Positions 1-9,051 of a stretch of 64,000 nt of DNA are shown here, one piece after another (the first letter of the stretch is position 1; every line of letters starts with the position of its first letter). The position numbers and the translations under genes are program-made. Under the pieces are notes generated by a model, which searched no databases, had not been told where the DNA came from, and saw only the letters and a list, made by a program, of their open reading frames with translations. The DNA is from a virus. Its lineage: Duplodnaviria > Heunggongvirae > Uroviricota > Caudoviricetes. The DNA lies in the IMG/VR virus record IMGVR_UViG_2744054962_000001; one strand, written 5' to 3'.

Positions 1-2
1 CG

Positions 3-461
3 AACGAAAATAACACTGACGCCTATATTAATGAGGTGTCCAAAGCAGTTGGTGTAACCGCAGACATGATTATCGATCTGCATGATTACGACATCCTTCG
101 ACCTTTAGTTGAGGCAATCATTCGCCACGAGAATGGCCGAGGCCCGCTAAAAACGCTGAACACCTGGTATGCGGCAGAAGTTATTGAGGAAGGTCTGCGT
201 CGAGCTGGCGTCGTTAAGCCGGTGAAAACGGTGAAGGCTGTTCCTGTAACGAAAGAAACCGCAGGCGCAACTGTTACAGCAGGTATTGGTCTGGCGCAGC
301 TTGCCGATGTTATGCCGCAGATTTCCGCTGCTATGGATAAAGCACAAGGTCATATCTCTAGCGGGGATACAGTACGCATCATCTTCGGTATTGCCACTAT
401 TGTTGTGGCAGGATTCATTGCCTGGTCGCAGGTAAGAAAACACCAGAAAGGGATGGTCTAA
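3..461 (+). CDS. C-terminal fragment of hypothetical protein with C-terminal transmembrane helix; 5-prime end lies outside window; possibly part of the lysis cassette preceding the spanins
   Basis: Frame open from window edge with no stop; hydrophobic stretch IIFGIATIVVAGFIAW near C-terminus; ends 2 bp before the Rz-like gene. Confidence 0.35.
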   Translation, partial: NENNTDAYINEVSKAVGVTADMIIDLHDYDILRPLVEAIIRHENGRGPLKTLNTWYAAEVIEEGLRRAGVVKPVKTVKAVPVTKETAGATVTAGIGLAQLADVMPQISAAMDKAQGHISSGDTVRIIFGIATIVVAGFIAWSQVRKHQKGMV

Positions 462-462
462 T

Positions 463-714
463 ATGCTAGGCAGCCTGATGACAAAGCTAAAAGTTGCTTT
501 GATTACGCTGGCTGCCGTTCTTTTCGTTCTTGTCGGCGCTTACACGATGGGCGGGAATGCGGCGCGACGAGCAATGGAAGAGAAGGCAAAACAGGAAGAC
601 AGAAAACGACTTCAAAACACAGTGAAAGTGGTGAATGAGACGAGCAGTAAAATACGTCAGAAAGATGCTTCTGCCGTTCATCGTGAGTTGTATGATAAGT
701 GGGTGCGTCATTAA
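463..714 (+). CDS. i-spanin (Rz-like)
   Basis: N-terminal TM helix (ALITLAAVLFVLVGAY) followed by charged periplasmic domain; overlaps a +1 frame lipoprotein ORF, the classic Rz/Rz1 arrangement. Confidence 0.55.
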   Translation: MLGSLMTKLKVALITLAAVLFVLVGAYTMGGNAARRAMEEKAKQEDRKRLQNTVKVVNETSSKIRQKDASAVHRELYDKWVRH

Positions 715-850
715 ACCACAAACAGCCAGCGTGTTGTTCTGCGATGGGGCTGAGCCTATCTATATCAGCAATAATGATGTAATGACTGAAGAAACCGAAC
801 GCCAAATCCTTTTTCACAATACGATGGGAGAGAGGGTTTGTGGTTGGTGA
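635..850 (+). CDS. o-spanin (Rz1-like outer membrane lipoprotein); true start probably the internal Met near 665
   Basis: Signal peptide with lipobox-like ISGC overlapping the 3-prime end of the Rz-like ORF in a different frame. Confidence 0.5.
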   Translation: MRRAVKYVRKMLLPFIVSCMISGCVIKPQTASVLFCDGAEPIYISNNDVMTEETERQILFHNTMGERVCGW

Positions 851-857
851 TGTCGAA

Positions 858-879
858 GTTCCCCTCAAATGAGGGGAAC
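858..879. terminator. Bidirectional hairpin between convergent genes
   Basis: Perfect inverted repeat GTTCCCCTC aaat GAGGGGAAC between + strand gene ending 850 and - strand gene ending 883. Confidence 0.55.
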
Positions 880-882
880 ACA

Positions 883-1404
883 TTATTCTTCGAACAATTT
901 TTCGATAGATTTTGTAGGATAGAACAAAGAACGCTCGTTGTTACCAACCAGCTGGATAAAGCCTAAACTTTTATAAAACGCCTTGGCTTTGTCATTTAAC
1001 GCCTCAACGAAAAGTCCATGAATGCCTACAGCAAGAGATGCATTGTACACAACGCGCATTGCATGTGTTACAAGCATTGAGCCAAATCCTTGACCTTGAA
1101 GGGACTTGTCCAAAGCCAGCCTACCCAAAGTAACACTTGGAACATTCCGATAAGGAACCTTCTTTTGTTTGCTTCTTGAAGGTAAGGACTCCTTTTCAAA
1201 ACAACTACCTGACAAAGTGTAATATCCTAACACTTTTGGCCTTTCTTCTTGAGTGCAAAGCACATAAGCACGAAGAATTTTTCCCTCATGCTGCCTTTTT
1301 AAGTGGTTGGCTAAAAAGGCGTTTAGTGACTCTTCGCCGCAATCAAAACCGTTTAGATCATAATCTTTCTCTCCAGAGAAAATCTCTATCGTTGTATTGC
1401 TCAC
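883..1404 (-). CDS. GNAT-family acetyltransferase, probable type II toxin (TacT/AtaT/KacT-like)
   Basis: 173 aa with GNAT-like motif QGQGFGSMLV; immediately downstream of a small RHH/DUF1778-like gene with 7-bp spacing. Confidence 0.6.
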   Translation of the reverse strand: MSNTTIEIFSGEKDYDLNGFDCGEESLNAFLANHLKRQHEGKILRAYVLCTQEERPKVLGYYTLSGSCFEKESLPSRSKQKKVPYRNVPSVTLGRLALDKSLQGQGFGSMLVTHAMRVVYNASLAVGIHGLFVEALNDKAKAFYKSLGFIQLVGNNERSLFYPTKSIEKLFEE

Positions 1405-1411
1405 GAGTAAA

Positions 1412-1720
1412 CTACTCCATGCTTTTCAGACGATCAGCAGCTCGTTTCAGCTTGTCGTTCGGTGCCGGAGGATTGCTTATAGCGTCCATAACCAGATTCC
1501 AGGATTCTTCATTCAGAACTAGTCTACGGTGTTGCTCTATAACTTTCACGGCACGTTCAGATGCACTGCTAACCATAAACTGAGTAATGCTCTGGTTAGA
1601 CATTGCGGCAGCTTCCTCGATGATGCTTTTATCGTCATCGGTTAATCTCAAATCGATGCGCTGCTTTTTTAGTGCTGACATGTATTCCTCCTGATGGCCG
1701 TGATGTAGGAAGGCCATCAA
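1412..1720 (-). CDS. Small antitoxin-like protein (TacA/DUF1778-like), partner of GNAT toxin; true start probably an internal Met
   Basis: About 90 aa, upstream of GNAT gene on the same strand; LKKQRIDLRLTDDDKSIIEEAA resembles ribbon-helix-helix antitoxins of GNAT toxins. Confidence 0.55.
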   Translation of the reverse strand: MMAFLHHGHQEEYMSALKKQRIDLRLTDDDKSIIEEAAAMSNQSITQFMVSSASERAVKVIEQHRRLVLNEESWNLVMDAISNPPAPNDKLKRAADRLKSME

Positions 1721-1999
1721 TCTCCTCTGTTCAAACTGAGTTTTCGACTCAAAAATTACTTTAAAAGGCTATAGCCCATTACGTGTGCATTATCAAATTG
1801 TGTACGGCATATCACCGTACTTGTAATATAGAGGTCATTGTTACTTTTTTCAACAGACAAATACAAGCTATGATTGCCAATTGTTAATCACAACCTACCA
1901 TTTAACCTTTACACCGCAGCCGTAGGCATTTAGGCTATATCACATATAAGAAAACAAGTTGTTTCAGACGATAATTATATACGCAAAGGGAACTCTCCA

Positions 2000-2668
2000 A
2001 TGACCAAGATCTTTGTGGTTGGCGGCACAAAGGGCGGGCCTGGCAAATCCACCGTTGCCCAGCAAATTGCCGTTTGCCTGAAAGTCAAAAAGAAGAAGAA
2101 GGTTTATATTACCGATATAGATATTCAGCGCACGACAACGAGCTGGTGTGAAGACCGTCGACAGAACGAAGACCTTGAGCTGATTCCTTTTGCATACGTT
2201 CAGGATGACATCATTAAGCACCTAAAATCGCTTCAGGGTAGAGCTGAGTTTGTAGTGGTAGATGCTGGTGGCTTCGACTCCGAAATTCAGCGACAAGCGA
2301 TGCTGATGGCTGACGTTATCATTATCCCGCTGCGTCCTAAGCGTCGTGATTTGAAATCTTTACGTGACATCGATCCTATTATCGACAATGTTCGCAATGT
2401 AAACGATAAAGTGAAGGTCCGCGCGGTCATGAACCAGTGCCCGGCTTTGCCATCACAAGTGTCTCGCATTCTGGCGGCTAAAGAGATTGTTGAGACGTTT
2501 GGAATCGAGTCTGCGCCAGTCAATCTATATAACCGCAACGTCTATGATGATGCGGAAGAGTCTGGTCGTTCTATCTTTGAAATGACCGGTAGCGAGCGCG
2601 ACAAAAAGGCGGAAGCCGAGTTTGAAGAATTTGTAGATTATCTGTTGAGTCTGGAGGAAGAAGAATAA
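2000..2668 (+). CDS. parA: ParA-family partition ATPase (type Ib, small ParA)
   Basis: Deviant Walker A GGTKGGPGKST near N-terminus, 222 aa, followed by overlapping small DNA-binding gene. Confidence 0.8.
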   Translation: MTKIFVVGGTKGGPGKSTVAQQIAVCLKVKKKKKVYITDIDIQRTTTSWCEDRRQNEDLELIPFAYVQDDIIKHLKSLQGRAEFVVVDAGGFDSEIQRQAMLMADVIIIPLRPKRRDLKSLRDIDPIIDNVRNVNDKVKVRAVMNQCPALPSQVSRILAAKEIVETFGIESAPVNLYNRNVYDDAEESGRSIFEMTGSERDKKAEAEFEEFVDYLLSLEEEE

Positions 2669-3027
2669 TGTCCATGAAAATGGGTGACCTAGCAAAGCGC
2701 AAAGAGCCTGATGCACCGGCTAAGAACACAACTCCTTTGCGCCAACCAGTCAGACCACAAGGACGCCCGACTCGTGGCAAAGAGAAAATTAAAAGCCGCA
2801 CTATGTCACTGGAAGACGAATACTTCGAGCTTCTGGAAATGATGAAGTTTATCCCTCGTTTCGAGAAGTTCACCCGCTCTGATGTGATTCGTGCTGCTAT
2901 TTTCCATCTGGCAGAGAAGTCACCGCAGGAAATCGAGGACATCGTAAAGCTGAACGAGGCGATCACAGCTGCCGATGTCACGATGCGTACCGATGAAATT
3001 AAACGCGAGTTGATGAAGAAAGGTTAA
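2668..3027 (+). CDS. Partition centromere-binding protein (ParG/ParB-like, probable RHH fold)
   Basis: 119 aa, start overlaps parA stop; basic N-terminus and short helical C-terminal domain. Confidence 0.5.
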   Translation: MSMKMGDLAKRKEPDAPAKNTTPLRQPVRPQGRPTRGKEKIKSRTMSLEDEYFELLEMMKFIPRFEKFTRSDVIRAAIFHLAEKSPQEIEDIVKLNEAITAADVTMRTDEIKRELMKKG

Positions 3028-3028
3028 T

Positions 3029-3052
3029 AATGTGGGCTGTCTAGCCCACATT
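3029..3052. terminator. Hairpin terminator after partition operon
   Basis: Inverted repeat AATGTGGGCT gtct AGCCCACATT followed by ATTTTAATT. Confidence 0.55.
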
Positions 3053-3078
3053 ATTTTAATTAAAGTGGAGTGATAATT

Positions 3079-3831
3079 ATGCATTCGTTAGTATTTGCAT
3101 TTAAAAACATACTCAAGAATGTTATAAACATACTAGGGATGTTAAATATTTTTTTGTCTGTGAGGGTGAGGAGAAAAGATATAAAAGATAAATTAAAGGA
3201 ACTTAACAAAGAAAAAGAACAATTAAAAAGCGAAGAAATTATTATTGATTTATACAAGAAAAAACTCGCATCTAGCAAGGGGAAAGCTAATGATAAAATC
3301 AAAGGAAAAATAATTCACTATATTATTGCTAGAGAGTTGGGGAATGATCCTGATAATGAAGATTTGCGACATAATCTTTTTACAAAGATAAAAGAATCAG
3401 AAGAACAGGTTGAAGTTCTGGTTCATCAAAGAGAAGTAAGTGAGCAGGCGAACAAAAAAGAAACGGTTGTCAATTTGTTTTTATTGTATGAAAAAAATAA
3501 ATTGTTTAAAGCTAAGGGGTTGGCTGTGTTTCTTATAGTTATAAACTTAATTATAGTTGCGACTCTCGATCTTCCAGCTTGGTCATTGATTATAAGTTTT
3601 TTTATTCTCTCTTTGATTATGTTGAAAGATCAGATACTTACTATTCGTGTCTCTAAAGGATATTTTGGCACAAGTGCGTATGAAGCGGTTCAATTGCTTA
3701 AATTCATCAGAGAAAATTCAGACAAATTTGACTCAGATGATAATGACGGTAGCCCACGACGGATATTGAATCCGAAGGGAACAACAAAAAAATCAGACAA
3801 CCTATTCGATAAAGGGTGGCAAAATGTTTGA
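3079..3831 (+). CDS. Predicted multi-pass membrane protein in AT-rich island, unknown function
   Basis: ATG at 3079 preceded by GGAG; hydrophobic segments at N-terminus and mid-protein separated by lysine/glutamate-rich segment; local GC far below surroundings. Confidence 0.5.
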   Translation: MHSLVFAFKNILKNVINILGMLNIFLSVRVRRKDIKDKLKELNKEKEQLKSEEIIIDLYKKKLASSKGKANDKIKGKIIHYIIARELGNDPDNEDLRHNLFTKIKESEEQVEVLVHQREVSEQANKKETVVNLFLLYEKNKLFKAKGLAVFLIVINLIIVATLDLPAWSLIISFFILSLIMLKDQILTIRVSKGYFGTSAYEAVQLLKFIRENSDKFDSDDNDGSPRRILNPKGTTKKSDNLFDKGWQNV

Positions 3832-4246
3832 CCTTGACGCCATCACTAAGTTCTTAAATCAGTGTTTTGATCTACTTTTGCTCAAGCAGCCTTTAAGAAC
3901 TGTTTTCGGAATACTGATTGGTTTCATTATTTTTGTTTTTGTTTACACGTTTAGGTTTGCGATAGCTCAAGATTTTTATGAAATAGATGGTGTGCATTAC
4001 GCTGCATGTTTCGTCATCGGTGTTTTAGTTGTTCACACAAGAACATTTTTTGACGTTATCAAGGGCACCGCAGTTGATGAAGAAATAGATAGTATGATCA
4101 GAGTTATTACGAAGCAGCCACACCTATCTAACCATCAAAAAAACATAATGATTGCTGAAATACTTCAAAAAGAAATTGCAGCCATAAGTCAAAAGAGATT
4201 GGATAAAGTTGCACAAGAAATAACGGAGAAAAAGACAACTGATTAA
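3824..4246 (+). CDS. Predicted membrane protein, unknown function, co-transcribed with preceding gene
   Basis: Start overlaps upstream stop; two hydrophobic helices (ILIGFIIFVFVYTF, ACFVIGVLVV); AT-rich. Confidence 0.5.
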   Translation: MFDLDAITKFLNQCFDLLLLKQPLRTVFGILIGFIIFVFVYTFRFAIAQDFYEIDGVHYAACFVIGVLVVHTRTFFDVIKGTAVDEEIDSMIRVITKQPHLSNHQKNIMIAEILQKEIAAISQKRLDKVAQEITEKKTTD

Positions 4247-4254
4247 TTTAATTA

Positions 4255-4316
4255 CCTGTTTCTGTATATAAATAATAAGTAACTTATTAAATATATATAC
4301 GGAAGCAGGTCTTTTA
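4255..4316. terminator. Long AT-rich hairpin, probable terminator; member of a two-copy repeat family (second copy 53417-53480)
   Basis: Arms CCTGTTTCTGTATATA and TATATACGGAAGCAGG pair with G-U wobbles, followed by TCTTTT. Confidence 0.5.
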
Positions 4317-4417
4317 AAAGACACCCACCAGAACAACTCCCTTCCGTTTCCACTTCCAAAAACTGCCACCAGTCGCTATCATCCGCTCATTGTGATAAGT
4401 AAGTAACTACCTACCAG

Positions 4418-5167
4418 GTGAGCCACATGAGCCAAATCTTTTTCGATACCATCGACAACAACCAGTACGACTTCATGACAGAGTGGAATACCGCTGTTAT
4501 GGACAAGTGGGTTGCTGAAAACATTGGTTTGTCGCGCTGTAAAGACGAGGCTGAACTCTTCGAGACGAAGTGGTTTGATTATCGCGACATGCATCCTCTC
4601 ATGGCCACCTGTCTTTTTACGGAGGCATACAAACGTCAGTACTCAAATATCATGCTGACGCACGGTCGCGAACACTTTGAAACAGCTCCGTTCACCACCG
4701 GGTTAAAACGTCTGCCTTATCAGGAGTTGTCGACTGCCAACAAAACGTCGCTATGGAAAGCACGCCAGTTTGCGGATCGCTATTGCTGCTCATACGACTA
4801 CTTTATCTCCACCGTTCTTTCCGCAGCTGCACGACGGCTGTGGGACAAGCTGCCGCGCCCACAGCATTTGTGGCAGCCAGAACTGATTGAGATATTTGAA
4901 GAGAAATTAGCCAGACGCGCAACAACCCGTCTGGATGACTCTCTGGTTAGCTTTAAGCATATGGGAGACATGCAGTTCAACCCGATTCAGGAAAGCTATT
5001 TTGAGTGGATTCTGGAGCGTTTGCGCACCATCCCTCGCAGTAAGCGCATACGCGCAATTTTCTCCGCTATCTGGCTAATGGAAATCGTTCCAGAGCGCCT
5101 TATTTCCGCCCACTTTCCAGAAGAACTGGAAGAAGCACGGCGGTTTATTGATCCCCTATCTAATTAA
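4418..5167 (+). CDS. Hypothetical protein
   Basis: 249-aa ORF upstream of helicase gene; no recognisable motif. Confidence 0.45.
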   Translation: MSHMSQIFFDTIDNNQYDFMTEWNTAVMDKWVAENIGLSRCKDEAELFETKWFDYRDMHPLMATCLFTEAYKRQYSNIMLTHGREHFETAPFTTGLKRLPYQELSTANKTSLWKARQFADRYCCSYDYFISTVLSAAARRLWDKLPRPQHLWQPELIEIFEEKLARRATTRLDDSLVSFKHMGDMQFNPIQESYFEWILERLRTIPRSKRIRAIFSAIWLMEIVPERLISAHFPEELEEARRFIDPLSN

Positions 5168-5177
5168 CTAATACTAG

Positions 5178-5191
5178 AAAACAATTTGTTT
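5178..5191 (+). promoter_or_regulatory. Conserved palindrome AAACAAnTTGTTT upstream of extended SD (family member)
   Basis: AAACAATTTGTTT 20 bp upstream of ATG 5211; same motif recurs at 17422, 32912, 45666, 55884, 56613. Confidence 0.4.
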
Positions 5192-5210
5192 AAAAAACAA
5201 AGGAAAGCAC

Positions 5211-6551
5211 ATGACCGAACTTTGCCATACAGGACGCGGGCTGTCCGAAGAGTTTGATGAAGATTTCCAGAACAGACTGACGGCATATTTTTGTCGTGAT
5301 CACGAGTTTCTTACTCGTGCGGGAGATCTGGTTGTGCCTAGCCAATTTGCCAATGCGGCCAATGCCATATTGGTTAATATGGTTTCGGGCTATTACCGTA
5401 TGTACAAGAGCGCGCCCTCTTCATCTGCAATTCTGGATATGCTTAAGCGTGCGAAACGCGATAAGACTATCCGTGAGGAACTATTCGCCGATGTTGTTGC
5501 TGCGTTTAAGCGCATCCTTGCAGAAAAATTGTCCGATACCTCGTACATGGTTGACCAGGTATCAACCTTCGCAAAAAGCGTAGCGTTTGATGATGCTCTG
5601 ATTAAGGCTGCTGAACTGAAAGAGAAAGGCGACTTTCAGGGGGCGATGGCAATCATGGCCAAGGTTCAGCAGATTGGATCGAACGAAGCGACCGGAATCT
5701 ATGACTACTACACCTCCGCAAGTGAGCGATTGAAAGCGCGTGAATATGAGGCTTCAGAGGAGTATGTACCAAACAGTATTACAACTGGACTCCCTCTTCT
5801 CGATAGGTTGCTGTACCAAAAAGGCTGGGCAAAGCGCGAAATGGTGCTCTTCATGGGGTTCGCTAAATCCGGTAAATCGACCGCAATGGGTGAGTTTTCC
5901 ATAAACGCAACGCTTGCTGGCTACAATGTTCTGTATCTCTCGCTGGAGGTTCACACCACCATTTTATCCGACCGTTTTGATGCAAGATTGTCGGAGACGG
6001 AAATGTCCAAGCTGGTGGAACGGCGCGATGAGGTTCATCGTAAGTTGGCAGAGTTGGGAGCCACGAAGGGGATTGGTAGTTTGTGGGTTGTTGAGCGTCC
6101 GTCAGGAAGTATGTCACCGGCAGACCTGGATCGTATGCTTAACAGCATGAAAGCCAATGGCATGGTGCCTGACATGGTTGTTGTCGACTACGCAGATTTG
6201 ATGCGTGCCAGTTATGACCTTCGTGATGATCGCGCCAACATTCGTAGTATCTACACCGATTTACGTGCTCTTTATGACAAGCATAACGTTGCTGGTATCA
6301 CGGCGTCGCAAACAAACCGTGAAGGTGGCGCGTCAGAAGTTGCCACAATGATGCACGCTGCCGACAACATCGAAAAAGTACGTATTGCTGACCTGGTAAT
6401 AACGATCAACAAAACCGAAGAAGAAGAAGCGAAAGGAGAGGCTCGTCTCTACTTTGCTGGTTCGCGTAACCAGCAGGGAGGGATCAGCATTCGCGTTAAA
6501 CAAAACCTCGAACAAATGCGCTTCATTGAGCGAATCTTAGACGTTACCTAA
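5211..6551 (+). CDS. Replicative DNA helicase (DnaB-like / RecA-fold)
   Basis: Walker A GFAKSGKST, Walker B-like VVVDYADLM, 446 aa, immediately upstream of primase. Confidence 0.7.
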   Translation: MTELCHTGRGLSEEFDEDFQNRLTAYFCRDHEFLTRAGDLVVPSQFANAANAILVNMVSGYYRMYKSAPSSSAILDMLKRAKRDKTIREELFADVVAAFKRILAEKLSDTSYMVDQVSTFAKSVAFDDALIKAAELKEKGDFQGAMAIMAKVQQIGSNEATGIYDYYTSASERLKAREYEASEEYVPNSITTGLPLLDRLLYQKGWAKREMVLFMGFAKSGKSTAMGEFSINATLAGYNVLYLSLEVHTTILSDRFDARLSETEMSKLVERRDEVHRKLAELGATKGIGSLWVVERPSGSMSPADLDRMLNSMKANGMVPDMVVVDYADLMRASYDLRDDRANIRSIYTDLRALYDKHNVAGITASQTNREGGASEVATMMHAADNIEKVRIADLVITINKTEEEEAKGEARLYFAGSRNQQGGISIRVKQNLEQMRFIERILDVT

Positions 6552-6557
6552 AAAATA

Positions 6558-6580
6558 AGCGTGGAGAACACCTCCACGCT
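6558..6580. terminator. Hairpin after helicase gene
   Basis: AGCGTGGAG aacac CTCCACGCT inverted repeat. Confidence 0.4.
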
Positions 6581-6632
6581 TGATTCATTGGTGAAACAAC
6601 TTTTCTTTTGCCAAACCACAAAAGAAAAACAC

Positions 6633-7814
6633 ATGAGCCTTTATGTTATATCAACATTTAGGTTGGTCACAATATTGCCTGTTAAAAGTGGAATTATCGT
6701 GAGCGAGCTGAAAGAGCTAATTACCGAATTAGATTTTGAACAATGGTTGGATACTGAAGGTATCGTTTATCGACGTGGAGGCGTGAGTACTCGCGGTCGT
6801 GAAGTGAATATCAAGGAGTGTCCGGTATGCGGCAGCTCCAACTGGAAGGTATATTTCAATCTGACCAGTGGCGTCGGTAAATGCTTCGCTGGTGATCATC
6901 CCGAAGAGATTCAGTTCAATAAGCTGGTCTTCCTCAAGCACTACAGCGGTAAATCACGACGACAGTTCGAGGAATATGTGCAGAACGCTCTTCTTTCCCA
7001 GGGGTGGGCACCAAAGAAAGAAGAGATAGTGCTTGCAAGCACAGTCGAGTTAGAGGGACCAGTTGCACTCCCTCGTCATTACGATCTTCCTATAGATGGC
7101 CATCTTCCAGACTATCTGGTTGAACGAAATATATCGCCTGAAATGGCAAAGTATTTTGACCTACGATACTGCGTCGAAGGCAAGCACGCTTATGTAGATC
7201 CGTATACAGATCAGGTTAAAGGACAGATTTTCGATATGCGAATACTGATACCGGTTTACGATCTGGATGGGGTAATGAAGACATTTCAAGGACGAGACAT
7301 TACCGGTACAGCAGAACGCCGCTACCTCTTCCCTATGCAGCTGCCGGCGTCGGGTAAGTTTCTCTACAACGGCCACAACGCAGTCGGGAAACAAACAGTC
7401 GTTGTGTGTGAAGGGGCATTTGACGTAATGGGCGTGAAGCGAGCCATCTTCGACGAAAAGACGCTGAGGGATTATGTAGAGCCAATTGGCACGTTCGGGA
7501 TGCACTTGTCCGGAAATATGAATGAGGACGCTGAAGATCAGTTGGGCGCGTTCCTGACGCTCAAGGCGCGTGGATTACGCAACGTCATCATGATGTGGGA
7601 TAGCGAGAAGCAAGCGATCCGCAACACCATGTCGGCGGCCAAACGCCTCACCAGCATCGGACTAAATGTCAAAGTGGCCTGTCTGGGCGAAGAAGGTCTC
7701 GACCCCGGCGACGCGACGCCAGAGCAGATCCTCAAAGCCTATTATCGTGCCAAGCCTTACTCCAAACAGCTGGAGTTAAAATGCAAAGTGCTCGGTATCA
7801 AGTCACTCGTGTAG
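6633..7814 (+). CDS. DNA primase (DnaG-like zinc-binding domain plus TOPRIM)
   Basis: CPVCGSS...CFAGDH zinc-ribbon-like motif and TOPRIM-like VVVCEGAFDVMG; ATG at 6633 preceded by AAAAGAAAAACAC motif; ORF track start 6561 overlaps the upstream hairpin. Confidence 0.65.
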   Translation: MSLYVISTFRLVTILPVKSGIIVSELKELITELDFEQWLDTEGIVYRRGGVSTRGREVNIKECPVCGSSNWKVYFNLTSGVGKCFAGDHPEEIQFNKLVFLKHYSGKSRRQFEEYVQNALLSQGWAPKKEEIVLASTVELEGPVALPRHYDLPIDGHLPDYLVERNISPEMAKYFDLRYCVEGKHAYVDPYTDQVKGQIFDMRILIPVYDLDGVMKTFQGRDITGTAERRYLFPMQLPASGKFLYNGHNAVGKQTVVVCEGAFDVMGVKRAIFDEKTLRDYVEPIGTFGMHLSGNMNEDAEDQLGAFLTLKARGLRNVIMMWDSEKQAIRNTMSAAKRLTSIGLNVKVACLGEEGLDPGDATPEQILKAYYRAKPYSKQLELKCKVLGIKSLV

Positions 7815-7815
7815 T

Positions 7816-8913
7816 TTAAGTTGTGGGAGACAGACGGTTCAGGACAAACGCTGCGATATTATTTAGTGCTATATTTAGCAAACTTGCATCATATGTTTGG
7901 TCGTTATCCTTAGGTTTAAAATTGCTGATACTGACTGTCTCACTGTGCTCATTTTCATAGAAACGTTTACTGCTTGAATCTAGGCGTTTGAGGACGTAAA
8001 TTTGCCCAAATTCAATCCACTCACCTTCACCATTGAGTCCGCTCCCTGTTTTGACTGAGATGAAGTACTTTGCCAGCTTGGTTGTAATGCAGTCTTCATT
8101 TTTTTCTATGCAAACCTTAATGCCGGCGGCTTTCAAACTACGATAAATGCTGTTTGGATATGCCCCACTATAGATTTCGCTGCTTTCAATGATAATGACG
8201 TCGTATTCTTCCTTTGGCTCAATAGATAAAGCTTCAGGCTCCAAATCATCCTTGTGAAAAATAAATCCTAAAAGACGCTCAAGTTCATCTGTTAATTTGA
8301 ACATGGGGTTCGCTTGGATCTCGCCAGCCCTGTCTTCGTAGACGAGCCCCGAGGTTATGAGCTTATTTAGCGATCTCAGAGCCATTCCACTTTTTTGTGA
8401 TGTGAGGCTAACTTGGGCTAATACAGTTGATTTATAGCCTTTTATTGGCGAGCTTGTTGTGATGTAAAGTTTGCGCGCATATTCAATATCAAAGCAGGTT
8501 AACCCACTCAGTATGTGGATAAAAAATAGTTTTTCATCGTCGTTAAGGCTGCTGCGGGCTAGGCTTACCGTCAAGCGAATGTAGTATTCTGTTTTCTTGT
8601 CTTCATCATCAAGCACGAGCTTTTTGACTAACGCCGAAAAGTGTTCTCTTGAGATATCGACCTCATCGTCGCAAATTTCACCAATGCCCATAATGTAACG
8701 GTTGAATCGATCACGACAAGTCGTCGCATTTATCTCTGAGAACAACGTGAACATTTTTTCCGCTGCCTCAATATGAGGTCCAACAAGCGGTATAGATTTG
8801 GCAAACGCCAAACCAGTTTCTTTCAATACCTTCCTGTGTTGCATCACGTTTTTGGACAACGTTGTCATAGACCTAAGCCTTGTGTGTTTAACGTATGAGT
8901 TAAGTGAAATCAT
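7816..8913 (-). CDS. Hypothetical protein, orphan minus-strand gene within replication cluster
   Basis: 365-aa ORF on opposite strand to both neighbours, lower GC than flanks; no recognisable catalytic motif. Confidence 0.5.
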   Translation of the reverse strand: MISLNSYVKHTRLRSMTTLSKNVMQHRKVLKETGLAFAKSIPLVGPHIEAAEKMFTLFSEINATTCRDRFNRYIMGIGEICDDEVDISREHFSALVKKLVLDDEDKKTEYYIRLTVSLARSSLNDDEKLFFIHILSGLTCFDIEYARKLYITTSSPIKGYKSTVLAQVSLTSQKSGMALRSLNKLITSGLVYEDRAGEIQANPMFKLTDELERLLGFIFHKDDLEPEALSIEPKEEYDVIIIESSEIYSGAYPNSIYRSLKAAGIKVCIEKNEDCITTKLAKYFISVKTGSGLNGEGEWIEFGQIYVLKRLDSSSKRFYENEHSETVSISNFKPKDNDQTYDASLLNIALNNIAAFVLNRLSPTT

Positions 8914-9051
8914 ATAGAAGTGACCTGACAGCTACAACTGGACAAGATTAAGAGCATTTTTTATAAACGAAAATAAACGCCTACATTGATAAGTAGATAC
9001 ATACTTATATTTCTGTAAGAATATGCTCGACGAAGGAATTGAGGAACCTTT

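Noticed and set aside
147-443. Antisense ORF within the first + strand gene
   Set aside because: Fully nested opposite a longer ORF in a + strand operon with no independent support. The same applies to nested antisense ORFs inside dnaE, nrdA, hsdR and the RecA-like gene.
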